DNA of 64,000 nt from Ignavibacteria bacterium (GTDB lineage Bacteria; Bacteroidota; Ignavibacteria; UBA10030; SZUA-254): assembly GCA_016178625.1 (NCBI GenBank), contig JACOSX010000017.1, forward strand, positions 6,213-70,212, written 5' to 3'. The position numbers were made by a program, and so were the translations under genes. Below are positions 39,301-49,881 of this stretch, piece by piece. The notes under the pieces were generated by a model that did no database searches, was not told where the DNA came from, and worked only from the letters and a program-made list of their open reading frames with translations. Position 1 is the stretch's first letter. Each line of letters opens with the position of its first letter.

Positions 39301-39707
39301 GCTCCCATGACTTGTTGGAGTTCAGTGATCTGTCGAAATCCGGTCTTCGTCCCGAGATAGTACTGACCGCATTTAATGAATAGGCTGTCGCCCACCTGAT
39401 CAAAGATATTGACTGAACGGTTCTGAGGGAGACCATACATACTGTCGGTTGTCACCCATTGGAATCCGTCGTACCAAGCCAAACCCGCTGCGGTTGCAGC
39501 CCATACCGTTCCATCGGTCGCTTCAAACACTTGAGAGACGTAATTCGATGGGAGACCCGATTCGACAGTGAAATGCACCCATCGCCACGGCTCATCGAAG
39601 GTCTCCGATTGACTGCACAACTTGCTCAGAGTCGCTCCAAGTAGGAGAAGAAAGATCGCGATATCTCTTATCAGCAGTTTCATGATGGTGAACAAGGCAT
39701 TGATCAA
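36336..39707 (-). CDS. sensor histidine kinase with a periplasmic two-component-regulator-propeller/Y_Y_Y domain, PAS, HisKA_3 and HATPase
   Basis: N-terminal signal/TM, repeated WxxTxxGL propeller units, TM, PAS, HDVIGQTL dimerisation/H box, DNGIGF ATPase; 4-nt overlap with the LuxR regulator. Confidence 0.8.
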   Translation of the reverse strand: MINALFTIMKLLIRDIAIFLLLLGATLSKLCSQSETFDEPWRWVHFTVESGLPSNYVSQVFEATDGTVWAATAAGLAWYDGFQWVTTDSMYGLPQNRSVNIFDQVGDSLFIKCGQYYLGTKTGFRQITELQQVMGAIPFSGRSILAQENASLFQYENNHLKPFEPGSALTEGKSMSLWRTLGGGIWASFVDGLYKREDGSWKCKMKADSTIIGVMGVVENARGSGIAWVNFPSEKRGLWEWQKNSPLLHDRSEKVDNIKSLDIGPNDEAIAVYQSDELRIRREGIWHPLILGQSQIREILTVTIRANGDLWIATEHGLFLYKRSSSRWTYWRHESPDLRNSVNELFKAHDGSLWVGTSDGIEVHHSNGTVEMINAMNRKPLYVITGLNEDADGNMWVSSGSSFSGAYRWDGSQWKHYNVSDDPGGIRIHKIRKDRKGRLWFLGIGKYYPPLEDKQPGAYVLEKGHFTRWGTDEGLINGRVYSFAEGKDGTRWFGTFGGLSRWRNGEWTHWTTNQGLHSLRVFTLDIDDKNTVWFGDRNERNGLAFIDPNDSVRYLTTADGLINDKIWDLKADDFGKLWITTRGGLSCYDHGVWSTFDEKSGLRQLSLWPVLPLKDEVYVGTMGKGVAILHRDESTTPNPRILLDKPLMEGKNVVLRWKAFAYLGELSPSDVLTRIRINDGSWSAWEKKYEIILRDLMPGDYVYQVQAKGLFGNFDEEGARGSFSIPLPLHLRPFFLIPTGALTLIVIVLGFTILSRKRQHDLELRKSEEKFRTVAEMTPTAIWMYHKSKLLFVNSGAEILTGYSKAELLGKDLFDIVHPSDQELLRVREMDRSGNTSVPSRYEYKITTKRGDIRWVDFTSGWIKFQGIPVRLGTALDITERKQAEEKLRLLASELSLTEERERRQMASYLHDVIGQTLALCKIKIRSLQRSVSLGNGTTLLQELRELVEQSIYDTQSLTFELCPPILYELSLEAAIEWLSEQMQQQHKIEFRFIDDKQAKPVVDELRIVLFQAVREVFMNVIKHANAQRVTVGVLKENTNIRIDIQDNGIGFDSSAQTNSTDAGGGFGLFNIRERLAYLGGKVEISSWPHAGTTVTIKAPLNVDGVSTDRSNPQPDTRRDIHS

Positions 39708-39892
39708 TAAGCGTCAGGCTTGTAGAACAGAACATGCTATCTAGAGATAGCGATAGTTAGAGATTAATGTATAGCAAAACTTCCCGAATATCAAGGCAGC
39801 TTATCCGAAACTCAAGGTGGAATTATTTCCGTTTTTCCGACGTTGGATAAGGCACGAGACGACCCCCGACGACCGGAGGCATATCGGAAGAC

Positions 39893-42388
39893 ATGGTATT
39901 TTTACAGACTGTTGCATTTCCGGCAATTATTATGTATGTTTACAGTGTTCGCAAGTTCATGGTGCCGATGACATTTTCCCATAGACATTCCTTTTTAAAC
40001 CGCAAGACTCTCTTCAAAATTTGCGCTTTCGCCTTCATCACTTTGTTCCCTAGTTGTTCAACGTATCAGAATATCACTAGCTATTTCAATACCTACTACA
40101 ACGCGAGCAAGCTGTTCGATGACGCGGTGACGGAGATAGAGAAGGCTCCGCAAAAAGATCGGGATACGAATTACTTCGCCGCCTACACCATCTCAAAAGG
40201 GGTGGAGGACAAGCTGGATAAAGTGATTGAGAAATGTTCCAAACTTATCCAATTCTACCCTCAAAGTAAGCTCATTGATGATGCGATCCTGATGATCGGC
40301 AAAGCCTACGTTTATAAAGGCGAGAGCGAATCCGCTTTGCGAAAGTTTAATGAGTTGTTACAGAATTTCCCTTTGAGTGATCAGCGCTTTGCAGCGAAGT
40401 TATGGTCGGCGAAGGCGCACTACCATGCAAAGCAGGATGATGAAGTATTAAAGATTGTCAAGGAATTATTTCCCGAGGCTCGAGCTGAAGGGAAGAACGA
40501 TATCCTGCTCGAAACGCTGATGCTCGAGGCGCAAACCTTTTTCGACAGAAACGAATATGACCAGGCTGCCGCGACATATAGCCTTGCCATTGAAGTTTCA
40601 GGAGACGATCACCTTCGCGCAATTGCTGCATATCAACTCGGGTTATGTTATGAACGGCTCAGAGAGTACGAGAAAGCTGGTGAAGCGTATGGCAGGGTAA
40701 AGAAATTCAGCCCTGAATTTGCCGTGGAGTTTCGCGCCCGGCTCAAGCAGGGATCGATGTTGTCTACGAACGGTCATTACGATAGTGCTCTTAAAAGATT
40801 TGATGAGCTCAAGGATGAGGCACTCAAGAATGATGAGTTAGGCTTGGTCGAGTTGGAAATTGCCAACACGTTCAGACGGATGGGCGATACCTCGCGAGCG
40901 TTTGCAATTTACAATAACATCGACACGACGTTTAAACACACCGAAGCATCCGCTAAAAGTTTTTATCAAAGAGCTCGGGTCTTCGAGACCGAGTATCTCG
41001 ATTTCCAAACCGCACGGATGTACTATGACAAAGCAAAATCCGAATTTCCGACGGCAGAGATCACTCCGCTCGCCCAACAAAAGGCTGCCAGTTTCTCCAG
41101 CTATTTTACGTCCTACGACAATCTTCACAGATACGATAGCATACTCTTTATCACGCTTCACCCCGAGTCCATCAAGGTAAAGCACGATTCATTAAAAGTC
41201 GCGATTGATTCGTTACACTCAAAAGCTGACTCAGGGAAATCAAACACTGCTACGCTTCGTTTGCCTGATTCTCTCGACAGCAAAGTTGATTCGTTGAAAT
41301 CTCAAAAATCGCCGGTGGTTCATGAACAACGAGCGCCAAATTACCGTCCACCCGATATTCCCAATGAACTGATGGCGCCACCTGTGGAAAAGACCGGAGG
41401 TAAGATTACTCGAGAAAGCTCTCCAGATACAGTTGGTGAAGACTCTCTCGTTCAATCGGGATCCGTCACTGATAGTTTGAGGGCATTAGCGCGTGGTCAT
41501 CGACCGAGGGTCGATTCACTTGCACGTGGGGTGGATTCACTCAAGCGGGCGGCAACATTCCGTACCGCCCCGGCTCAAGAAAAGTTATCGCCAGATTCGC
41601 TTCGGGCGCTCATTGTCCGAACAAAGTTTGAACTTGCAGGGCTATTCTTGCTCGAGTTGAATCATCCAGATTCGGCACTGTTCTGGTATCGAGAGGTGGT
41701 ACGGAGCGATTCGTCCTCTCGATTGGTTCCTCGTGCGTTATATGCAATGGCGGAGATTTACCGGGAAAACAATGACTCATCTAACGTTGATTCGCTATAC
41801 ACAATCATTCTAGATCAATATAATCGCACGGACTATGCGGCTCAGGTGAGAAAAGTCAAGGGGATGGATACCGTCAAGACAGAAGTAGATCCCGCGATAG
41901 CGCAATACGAGATAGCAGAAAATCTTCTCCAATCCGGCAAGGCTAAGGAGGGGTTGGACCATCTTAGATTACTTGTTGATACGTACCCGACATCTTCCAT
42001 AGCTCCAAAAGCGCTTTATGCTGTTGGATGGATTTATGAAAGTATTCTTGTGCAGCAAGACAGCGTGTACAATGATAGTGCTGCCGTGTGGTACAAGAAA
42101 CTCATCAAGGCATTCCCTTCGAGTGTGTACGCGACGGTGGCACAGCCAAAGGTGGCTGTGAAGGATGATCCAAAGAGTCTTTCACAGTATGTAAAAATTA
42201 AAGAAATACCAACCTTTGGAAAACAAGAACCAGCAACACGTCAGCGGCAGAATATCCAGAGCGATTCGAACAAGAATCAAGGGCAGGAAGAAGACCTCCA
42301 ACGCAACAGGCGTCTGAACAGAGATGAAGAAGACGATGAGAAGGATGACGAAGAGGAAGAGCCACCAGACCCTGATGACAATAACTGA
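39893..42388 (+). CDS. TPR-repeat protein with an acidic C-terminal tail (true start probably internal, near 39959)
   Basis: Multiple TPR-like helices; signal/lipoprotein-like segment FAFITLFPSCS; C-terminal DEEDDEKDDEEEEPPDPDDNN. Confidence 0.55.
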   Translation: MVFLQTVAFPAIIMYVYSVRKFMVPMTFSHRHSFLNRKTLFKICAFAFITLFPSCSTYQNITSYFNTYYNASKLFDDAVTEIEKAPQKDRDTNYFAAYTISKGVEDKLDKVIEKCSKLIQFYPQSKLIDDAILMIGKAYVYKGESESALRKFNELLQNFPLSDQRFAAKLWSAKAHYHAKQDDEVLKIVKELFPEARAEGKNDILLETLMLEAQTFFDRNEYDQAAATYSLAIEVSGDDHLRAIAAYQLGLCYERLREYEKAGEAYGRVKKFSPEFAVEFRARLKQGSMLSTNGHYDSALKRFDELKDEALKNDELGLVELEIANTFRRMGDTSRAFAIYNNIDTTFKHTEASAKSFYQRARVFETEYLDFQTARMYYDKAKSEFPTAEITPLAQQKAASFSSYFTSYDNLHRYDSILFITLHPESIKVKHDSLKVAIDSLHSKADSGKSNTATLRLPDSLDSKVDSLKSQKSPVVHEQRAPNYRPPDIPNELMAPPVEKTGGKITRESSPDTVGEDSLVQSGSVTDSLRALARGHRPRVDSLARGVDSLKRAATFRTAPAQEKLSPDSLRALIVRTKFELAGLFLLELNHPDSALFWYREVVRSDSSSRLVPRALYAMAEIYRENNDSSNVDSLYTIILDQYNRTDYAAQVRKVKGMDTVKTEVDPAIAQYEIAENLLQSGKAKEGLDHLRLLVDTYPTSSIAPKALYAVGWIYESILVQQDSVYNDSAAVWYKKLIKAFPSSVYATVAQPKVAVKDDPKSLSQYVKIKEIPTFGKQEPATRQRQNIQSDSNKNQGQEEDLQRNRRLNRDEEDDEKDDEEEEPPDPDDNN

Positions 42389-42417
42389 CCCGTATTGCCA
42401 GACTTCCTCTAAACCTC

Positions 42418-43185
42418 ATGCTCCAATCCTTTTGTCCTATTACCTCACGGCAGACTGTCGGAGCGAATATCTATGTGCTGAGCTTTCGGTCACCTCAGAT
42501 TGCCTCCACACTGCAGCCGGGTCAATTTGTTAATATTAAAGTGAGTGAAAGCGGTATCCCGTTACTGAGACGCCCATTTAGCGTGTACCACACCGACGGC
42601 GATGATATCAAGATTATTTTTAATGTGATTGGAGTGGGCACGAAGGTATTGGCATCAAAGAACGTGGGGGACGTACTTGATGTTCTTGGTCCGTTAGGAC
42701 GTTCATACAATGTTAGTGACGGATATGAGACCGCCGTGCTGGTCGCCGGCGGGCTGGGTGTTGCACCTCTTCCGATGATTACGAAGTCCCTTGATCGGAG
42801 GTCGAAGGTACTGGTCACGTTTCTCGGTGCCCGCAGTCGCGATCACTTGGTGACAACCTTTCTTGAGAATGTCCACACTGCGACCGATGATGGCAGCGAG
42901 GGTTTCCGCGGCACGGTCGTCGAGTTACTCCGATCAATCCTTTCAGCCAATAGTTTTCCACAGCCTAAGATATTTGGCTGTGGACCAAACGTAATGTTGA
43001 GCAACCTCTCACGGCTCGCGGAAGAGCTCAGTATTCCCTGCGAGGTTTCCATCGAATGTGCGATGGCGTGCGGCATCGGAATCTGTCAGGGGTGCCCGAT
43101 AGAGAAAGTGAATGGTGAACAGAAGTACGCGCTCGTTTGCAAGGAAGGACCCGTGTTCAATTCACGATCAGTTCTCATAGTGTAG
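42418..43185 (+). CDS. pyrK: dihydroorotate dehydrogenase electron-transfer subunit
   Basis: FAD/NAD-binding oxidoreductase fold; RRPFS and GGLGVAPL motifs; C-terminal 2Fe-2S CxxGxCxxC. Confidence 0.8.
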   Translation: MLQSFCPITSRQTVGANIYVLSFRSPQIASTLQPGQFVNIKVSESGIPLLRRPFSVYHTDGDDIKIIFNVIGVGTKVLASKNVGDVLDVLGPLGRSYNVSDGYETAVLVAGGLGVAPLPMITKSLDRRSKVLVTFLGARSRDHLVTTFLENVHTATDDGSEGFRGTVVELLRSILSANSFPQPKIFGCGPNVMLSNLSRLAEELSIPCEVSIECAMACGIGICQGCPIEKVNGEQKYALVCKEGPVFNSRSVLIV

Positions 43186-43190
43186 ATTCT

Positions 43191-44135
43191 ATGGTCGATA
43201 CTCAAACTGTCATAGGAGACCTTATCCTAAAGAATCCCGTACTCGTCGCTTCGGGAACGTTTGGTTACGGAGATGACTGCAAAGACGTCGTCAACATCAA
43301 CCAACTGGGCGGCATTGTAACAAAGTCACTCTCATTGAAACCACGAGATGGAAATCCCCCACCGCGAATTGTCGAGACCGCCAGCGGTATGCTCAACTCC
43401 ATTGGTCTGGCGAATATCGGTGTCAGGAAGTTTATCGTGGAAAAACTTCCATACCTTCGGACAACACAAACGAAGATCATCGCGAATATTGCCGCAAGCA
43501 CGATCGAAGAATACTGTATTGTCCTTTCGATGCTGGACGAGGAGGAGGGTATTGATGGCTATGAAATTAACGTGTCTTGTCCGAATGTAAAGGAAGGCGG
43601 ACTGAGTTTCGGTACGAGCTGTGAGATGACCGCAGAGATTACGCGTCGGCTGCGCACGCTCACGAAGAAAACTCTCATTATCAAACTTACTCCGAATGTT
43701 ACACACATCTCAGAGTTTGCGCGGGCTGTCGCCGACGCCGGGGCTGACGCTGTTTCGGTCATCAATACGCTTGTTGGAATGGCAGTTGATATTCGAATTC
43801 GAAAACCAAAACTCTCTACTGTTACTGGCGGACTGTCCGGCCCTGCAATCAAGCCGATTGCACTGGCGAAAGTGTACGAAGTTGCTCAATCGGTGAACAT
43901 ACCTGTTATCGGCATCGGCGGGATCATGACAGCGGAAGACGCCATTGAGTTTCTTCTCGTAGGCGCTTCAGCGGTCCAGATTGGTACGGCAAATTTCATT
44001 GACCCGGCTGCCAGTGTGAACGTCGCTGATGGAATCGTACGATACTGTGAACAGAACAAGATCGAGAGCGTCAGGTCGATTGTTGGTACACTTCAGGCTT
44101 CTAAGGAACTCTCGGTAGTACGAAGCTGGCAATAG
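43191..44135 (+). CDS. pyrD: dihydroorotate dehydrogenase catalytic subunit (class 1B)
   Basis: NPVLVASGTFGYG..., GGIVTKS, NVSCPN and GIGGI motifs; start taken at MVDTQTV. Confidence 0.85.
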   Translation: MVDTQTVIGDLILKNPVLVASGTFGYGDDCKDVVNINQLGGIVTKSLSLKPRDGNPPPRIVETASGMLNSIGLANIGVRKFIVEKLPYLRTTQTKIIANIAASTIEEYCIVLSMLDEEEGIDGYEINVSCPNVKEGGLSFGTSCEMTAEITRRLRTLTKKTLIIKLTPNVTHISEFARAVADAGADAVSVINTLVGMAVDIRIRKPKLSTVTGGLSGPAIKPIALAKVYEVAQSVNIPVIGIGGIMTAEDAIEFLLVGASAVQIGTANFIDPAASVNVADGIVRYCEQNKIESVRSIVGTLQASKELSVVRSWQ

Positions 44136-44159
44136 TTCCCTCTCTACTATTTCTTTTCC

Positions 44160-45455
44160 GTGACTCAGTTCGATAAGACGCTACAGTTTCTGTATGATCT
44201 TCAGTTGTTCGGCATCAAGGTCGGATTACATAATATTCGCACGTTACTCCGTTATCTTGGACATCCTGAGCGACAATTTCCTTCCATCCATATCGCAGGA
44301 ACAAATGGCAAAGGGTCTACCGCGGCGATGCTCGCAGCAATCCTTTGTGCATCCGGATACAAGACCGGGTTATACACTTCTCCCCATTTGGTGCATTTCT
44401 CGGAGAGGATCAGGATTAATGGAAAGAAAATCTCTGAAGAGGAAATCGTTAGATATACGCGATATCTCCAGCCAGCAATTAGGAAAACTAAAGCAACGTT
44501 CTTTGAAGCAACGACGGCGATCGCCTTTCAATATTTTGCAGATCAGCGTGTCGATGTTGCAGTCATCGAGACCGGTCTCGGTGGGCGTCTCGACGCGACA
44601 AATGTCCTAACCCCCATTCTGAGCATCATTACAAACGTCGGGCTTGATCACATGGAGTATCTCGGGTCGACGTATTCAAGTGTAGCTTTTGAGAAAGGGG
44701 GGATCATTAAACCTTCGATCCCGTGTCTGGTTGGCGATATGAACACTGACGCGCTGACACTCTTGCAAAGGATTGCAAGAAAGATGAATGCATCTCTATT
44801 CAGGTGCAATAAGCTTTCCACTGTCAGGATCAACGATAATACATTGGCGGGGCTACGCGTTGCCTTGGAGACGGATCGAGATCACTATAATGATGTATTT
44901 CTCCCATTGGCTGGTGAACATCAATCGAAGAACCTGCAACTTGCTGTGCTTGCCGTTGAGCGTGTACGGGAATCGCTCGGGTTCTATCGTATTACTAAGG
45001 AAACGATCACTGCGGGGTTATGTAGTCTTCAGCGATACTCAGGACTGAGGGGGAGGATCGACGTGTTGAGTACGAAACCTCTGGTCGTAGCCGATGTGGC
45101 TCATAATCCAGCCGCAATAAAAACGCTGCTCCGTTCGTTGAAAGATTTGCTGGTGGGGAGAGTGGTGATAGTGTTTGGAGTTATGAAGGATAAGTCATAT
45201 GGGGAGATGATTGATCTTCTCGCACCGATGACCAGGCTTGCCATAACCGTTGAGCCACACACGGACCGCGCACTCGGTAGTGATGCCATCATGACTGAAT
45301 TTCATCATCGATCGACCCGAGCCATTGACGGCGGAGACGTCAATCAAGGATTTGCCCGTGCGTTGGATGAGCAAAGGAATCTTGAAACCGTCCTCGTTAC
45401 GGGCTCGCATTATGTGGTGGGCGAGGTATTAAATTTCCTTAATATGATCGCATAA
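44160..45455 (+). CDS. folC: bifunctional folylpolyglutamate synthase/dihydrofolate synthase
   Basis: Mur-ligase P-loop HIAGTNGKGST. Confidence 0.8.
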   Translation: MTQFDKTLQFLYDLQLFGIKVGLHNIRTLLRYLGHPERQFPSIHIAGTNGKGSTAAMLAAILCASGYKTGLYTSPHLVHFSERIRINGKKISEEEIVRYTRYLQPAIRKTKATFFEATTAIAFQYFADQRVDVAVIETGLGGRLDATNVLTPILSIITNVGLDHMEYLGSTYSSVAFEKGGIIKPSIPCLVGDMNTDALTLLQRIARKMNASLFRCNKLSTVRINDNTLAGLRVALETDRDHYNDVFLPLAGEHQSKNLQLAVLAVERVRESLGFYRITKETITAGLCSLQRYSGLRGRIDVLSTKPLVVADVAHNPAAIKTLLRSLKDLLVGRVVIVFGVMKDKSYGEMIDLLAPMTRLAITVEPHTDRALGSDAIMTEFHHRSTRAIDGGDVNQGFARALDEQRNLETVLVTGSHYVVGEVLNFLNMIA

Positions 45456-45672
45456 AACTTGACTTTCAGGGATAAAGCTTTTATATTACCGATGAACTTA
45501 CAGAGGAAGCACGACATTTCGTGCGATCGTAACGTAATCTACCGCTTAGCACATCATTTTTTTATCCTCGATTTTGTAATATTGTAACAGAGCATCGCCA
45601 AGCATTTAAGACTGTTGCTGGAGGATATTCACACATCATTATTTATTAATCTTTCAAGAAGGTGAATTCATC

Positions 45673-46926
45673 ATGCCCATGGACATTGCGGAGCTGAAAT
45701 CTAAAAAGATTTCTGAGCTCTCAAAAATTGCCAAGGATCTGAATATCACGGGCTATACCGACCTGCGTAAACAGGATCTGATATTCAAGATTCTCGAGGC
45801 ACAAACGGAAAAAGACGGCCTCACATTCAGCAAGGGAGTACTCGAAGTGTTACCAGATGGATACGGCTTCCTGCGTTCCGTCGACTATAACTATCTACCC
45901 TCACCTGATGACATCTACGTATCACCGTCGCAAATAAAAAAGTTCAATCTCCGAACCGGTGACACCGTGAGCGGCCAAGTTCGCCCGCCGAAAGAGGGCG
46001 AACGCTTTTTTGCGCTCTTGCGTGTTGAAGCTGTCAACGACGAAAATCCTGATGCAATCCGCGATCGTGTTCTATTCGACAATCTCACGCCTCTCTATCC
46101 TAACAATCCCATTAAGCTTGAAACCTCTCCCGGCGAATACTCAATGCGAATTATGGATTTGCTGACTCCCCTCGGGAAGGGGCAACGTGGCATGATCGTA
46201 TCGCCACCCAAAGCTGGCAAGACTATTCTCCTCCAAAAAATTGCCAACAGCATTCTCCGTAATCACCCCGAGGTGTTCCTCATTGTTCTCTTGATTGATG
46301 AGCGTCCGGAAGAAGTGACCGACATGGAGCGATCAGTCAATGCCGAAGTTGTCAGCTCCACGTTTGATGAACCACCTGAACGTCACGTCCAAGTTGCGGA
46401 CATGGTTCAGGAAAAGGCAAAGCGGCTTGTGGAAGCCAAAAAGGATGTCGTTATTTTGTTGGATAGCATTACGCGTCTTGCTCGTGCGCATAACACTGTC
46501 GTGCCTCATAGTGGCAAGATCCTTTCTGGTGGTGTTGATGCAAATGCACTCCATCGACCAAAACGGTTCTTCGGTGGAGCCAGAAACGTTGAAGAGGGTG
46601 GAAGTCTTACCATTATTGCAACAGCATTAATCGAGACCGGCAGCAGAATGGACGAAGTCATTTTTGAGGAGTTCAAAGGAACAGGGAATATGGAAATTAT
46701 CCTCGACCGGAAGTTGAGCGATAAACGTATGTTTCCCGCCATTGATGTGAACCGGTCCGGCACGCGAAAAGAGGAACTGCTTCTGGAGTCGGAAGAACTT
46801 AACCGCGTCTGGATCTTACGAAAGTTCCTCAGCGATTTCTCGACGGTTGAGGCGATGGAATTCCTCACCGAAAAAATGCGTGGAACCAAGACGAATAAAG
46901 AATTTCTCCGCGTCATGAATACGTAA
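45673..46926 (+). CDS. rho: transcription termination factor Rho
   Basis: N-terminal [14 protein letters not shown]-fold, Walker A SPPKAGKT, RecA-like core; 417 aa with no Bacteroidetes-type N-terminal insertion. Confidence 0.9.
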   Translation: MPMDIAELKSKKISELSKIAKDLNITGYTDLRKQDLIFKILEAQTEKDGLTFSKGVLEVLPDGYGFLRSVDYNYLPSPDDIYVSPSQIKKFNLRTGDTVSGQVRPPKEGERFFALLRVEAVNDENPDAIRDRVLFDNLTPLYPNNPIKLETSPGEYSMRIMDLLTPLGKGQRGMIVSPPKAGKTILLQKIANSILRNHPEVFLIVLLIDERPEEVTDMERSVNAEVVSSTFDEPPERHVQVADMVQEKAKRLVEAKKDVVILLDSITRLARAHNTVVPHSGKILSGGVDANALHRPKRFFGGARNVEEGGSLTIIATALIETGSRMDEVIFEEFKGTGNMEIILDRKLSDKRMFPAIDVNRSGTRKEELLLESEELNRVWILRKFLSDFSTVEAMEFLTEKMRGTKTNKEFLRVMNT

Positions 46927-47038
46927 GCCTACTCAATTCAATCATTTTCATTTGATTTGAGGGTCTGGTGAATTCAGGCTTGACTTTATCGCTCCCAACT
47001 CTTACATTGGCTTAGCATTTCTATCTCTGCACCACCGC

Positions 47039-48559
47039 ATGATTAAGCCCATACATTTCCTGTATCTAACAATACTATGTGGTATTGTTATATCCAGTGG
47101 CATCGCCCAAGACAAAACCGATGCATTTGGTGTCGGTGCGTCGTTCGGCAATGCTTATCCAAAAACCGACATCAACCAATCTAAAGATTCACCTTTCGCA
47201 CGAGCCTTTTTTCGCTACTACCCCACAGAGAATTTTGCGATTGAAACTGGAGTCGGAGTCGGAACACTCTCATCGGAAGTAGGTAGCCAGTTTTTCTCCT
47301 CCTACATCTACCCGGTTGATGTGCGTTTTATGGTCCAACCTGTCATTGAGGGAGCCTTCATTCCGTATCTTTTCGGTGGGGCTGGTTTTTTGTTTTTTAA
47401 CCCCAAAGATAAATATGATCAGGAATTACCGCGGAACGCACGGAATGACTATAAACGAGTCGCCCCCTATTTTCCGGTTGGGTTGGGTGGGAATGTTTCT
47501 GTTACAAAAAACACTCTCCTTGGTATAAGCGGCAGCTACAATCTGACAGCAACTGAGAATCTGGACGATATAAAGTCCGGGTCAAAGGATGCTTATTGGA
47601 GTATTACCCTTAATGTGTTTGCATTTCTCAGAGCGGAGAACGATGATCTTGATGGTGATGGGCTGAAGAATGACGAAGAGAAATTAATAGGCACAGATCC
47701 GCTCAACCCCGACACCGATGGAGACGGACTCCGAGACGGCGAGGAAGTTCGCACGTACAAGACCGATCCACTAAATCCTGATACTGATGGTGATGGGTTG
47801 CGCGATGGAGAAGAGGTGGTCAAGTATCATACCGATCCATTGAAGAAAGACACCGATGGCGATCAGCTCACCGATGGCGAGGAAGTGCTGACGTACCACA
47901 CTGATCCACTGAAGACGGATACAGATGGAGACGGATTAAGCGATGGTGATGAAGTATTGAAATATCATACCGATCCGTTAAAGATCGACACAGATGGTGA
48001 CTCTCTCAGCGATGGTGACGAAGTGCGGAAATATCGCACCGACCCGTTGAAGATCGACACCGATGGGGATGGCTTAAGTGATGGAGACGAACTGAAAAAG
48101 TACAAAACCGATCCTCTAAAGGTGGATACCGATGCTGGTGGCATGCCCGATGGAAAGGAAATCCAGCTTAGTTTGAATCCCCTTGATCCAGCTGATGACG
48201 TTCCCATCATCAAAGTTGGCGAGAGGATTATTCTTGAAGGTGTCAATTTCGAGACAGCCAAGACGACTCTGCTGCCCGGAGCAAAGGGTATTCTCGACCA
48301 GGTTGCGTCGAGTTTAGCGAACTATCCATCGGCAGAGGTTGCGATTCATGGACATACCGATAATGTCGGCGGCGCCAAGTTCAACATGACACTATCCCTC
48401 GGTCGTGCGGAAGCCGTAAAAGCGTATCTGGTGAGTAAAGGTATCTCACCGAATCGCGTCACGACGAAGGGGTTCGGCTTCACCAAGCCGATCGGTGATA
48501 ATTCAACACAGGCAGGTAAGGCGCGGAATAGACGTATTGAATTCGTTCGGCTGAAGTAA
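47039..48559 (+). CDS. OmpA-family outer membrane protein with thrombospondin type-3 (DTDGDG) repeats
   Basis: Signal peptide, beta-barrel-like N-domain, about 7 TSP3 repeats ([13 protein letters not shown]), C-terminal OmpA domain (GHTDNVG...NRRIEF). Confidence 0.8.
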   Translation: MIKPIHFLYLTILCGIVISSGIAQDKTDAFGVGASFGNAYPKTDINQSKDSPFARAFFRYYPTENFAIETGVGVGTLSSEVGSQFFSSYIYPVDVRFMVQPVIEGAFIPYLFGGAGFLFFNPKDKYDQELPRNARNDYKRVAPYFPVGLGGNVSVTKNTLLGISGSYNLTATENLDDIKSGSKDAYWSITLNVFAFLRAENDDLDGDGLKNDEEKLIGTDPLNPDTDGDGLRDGEEVRTYKTDPLNPDTDGDGLRDGEEVVKYHTDPLKKDTDGDQLTDGEEVLTYHTDPLKTDTDGDGLSDGDEVLKYHTDPLKIDTDGDSLSDGDEVRKYRTDPLKIDTDGDGLSDGDELKKYKTDPLKVDTDAGGMPDGKEIQLSLNPLDPADDVPIIKVGERIILEGVNFETAKTTLLPGAKGILDQVASSLANYPSAEVAIHGHTDNVGGAKFNMTLSLGRAEAVKAYLVSKGISPNRVTTKGFGFTKPIGDNSTQAGKARNRRIEFVRLK

Positions 48560-48588
48560 CATCTTTCACGATCAGTATTATTCGTACG

Positions 48589-48628
48589 CATCCCGATGAA
48601 GAGTTTTTTTTATCGGGATTTTTTTTTG
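48589..48628 (+). terminator. Rho-independent terminator after the OmpA/TSP3 gene
   Basis: ATCCCGAT...ATCGGGAT hairpin followed by TTTTTTTTT. Confidence 0.65.
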
Positions 48629-48690
48629 CATTTCGGTTCTAATTATTGTAAATTCCGACCGATATAACCTATAACCCTCTGAGTTCGTAA

Positions 48691-49869
48691 ATGAATAAAG
48701 AAGTTGTGATCGTAAGTGCCTGCCGGACACCGATTGGATCCTTTGGTGGTGTGCTCAGTACTCTCCCTGCACCGAAGCTTGGTTCCATCGTCATCGAAGA
48801 AGCACTCAAGCGAGCGCGGGTGGCGAAAGATCAAGTCAACGAAGTCATCATGGGATGTGTTCTTACTGCCGGTGTGGGCCAAGCGCCTGCACGCCAGGCA
48901 GCGATCTTTGCGGGTCTCCCAACGTCAGTCGAGTGTATGACTGTCAACAAAGTCTGTGGCTCAGGGTTGAAAGCAATCATGCTCGGGACGCAGGCGATCT
49001 TGCTTGGGGACGCAGAGATTGTTGTAGCAGGAGGAATGGAGAGCATGTCTAACTCTCCGTACCTTCTCGAGAAAGCACGCACTGGGTACAGAATGGGAAA
49101 CGCCCAGCTCGTTGACTCGATGGTTAAAGATGGCTTGTGGGATGTCTACAATGATTTCCATATGGGAAACGCAGCAGAATTGTGTGCGAAAGAGTGCAAC
49201 GTCCCGAGAGACGTGCAGGATGAATTTTCAATTATGAGTTACAAAAAGGCTCTTGAGGCGCAAAAAAATTGTTCCTTCAAAGATGAACTTGTCCCTGTGA
49301 CCATCCCACAGAAAAGTGGTGACCCGATCATCGTCACGGAGGATGAAGAGCCAAAGAAAGTGAAGTTTGATAAGATCGGCACACTGAAACCTGCATTTCA
49401 GAAGGATGGTACGGTTACTGCGGCGAACGCGTCCAAGATTAATGACGGGGCAGCCGCCGTTGTGCTCATGTCAGTGGAGAGAGCACATCAGATGGGAATA
49501 CCACCCCTTGCGCGGATCGTCTCCTATGGGTCGGCTGCGAAGAGGCCAGAACAGTTCACCACTGCTCCGGCAGATGTCATTCCCAAAATCTTAGGGCGCG
49601 CAAGTCTCAAGAAAGAAGACATAGATCTGTTTGAAATTAATGAGGCTTTCGCGGTTGTAAATCTTGCTGTCAATAAAATACTCGGATTGGATCAAAGCAA
49701 GGTAAACGTAAATGGCGGTGCAGTGGCTCTCGGTCATCCGATCGGGGCGAGTGGCGCACGCATTCTCGTGACACTGTTGCACGCGATGCGCGCTCGGCAA
49801 GCGAAGCGCGGCATGGCGGCAATCTGTATCGGAGGTGGAGAAGCAAGCGGAATGATTGTAGAACGCTGA
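48691..49869 (+). CDS. acetyl-CoA C-acetyltransferase (thiolase II)
   Basis: VIVSACRTPIG, active-site Cys in NKVCGSG, C-terminal GGGEASGMI. Confidence 0.85.
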   Translation: MNKEVVIVSACRTPIGSFGGVLSTLPAPKLGSIVIEEALKRARVAKDQVNEVIMGCVLTAGVGQAPARQAAIFAGLPTSVECMTVNKVCGSGLKAIMLGTQAILLGDAEIVVAGGMESMSNSPYLLEKARTGYRMGNAQLVDSMVKDGLWDVYNDFHMGNAAELCAKECNVPRDVQDEFSIMSYKKALEAQKNCSFKDELVPVTIPQKSGDPIIVTEDEEPKKVKFDKIGTLKPAFQKDGTVTAANASKINDGAAAVVLMSVERAHQMGIPPLARIVSYGSAAKRPEQFTTAPADVIPKILGRASLKKEDIDLFEINEAFAVVNLAVNKILGLDQSKVNVNGGAVALGHPIGASGARILVTLLHAMRARQAKRGMAAICIGGGEASGMIVER

Positions 49870-49881
49870 ACATGCAGGCAG

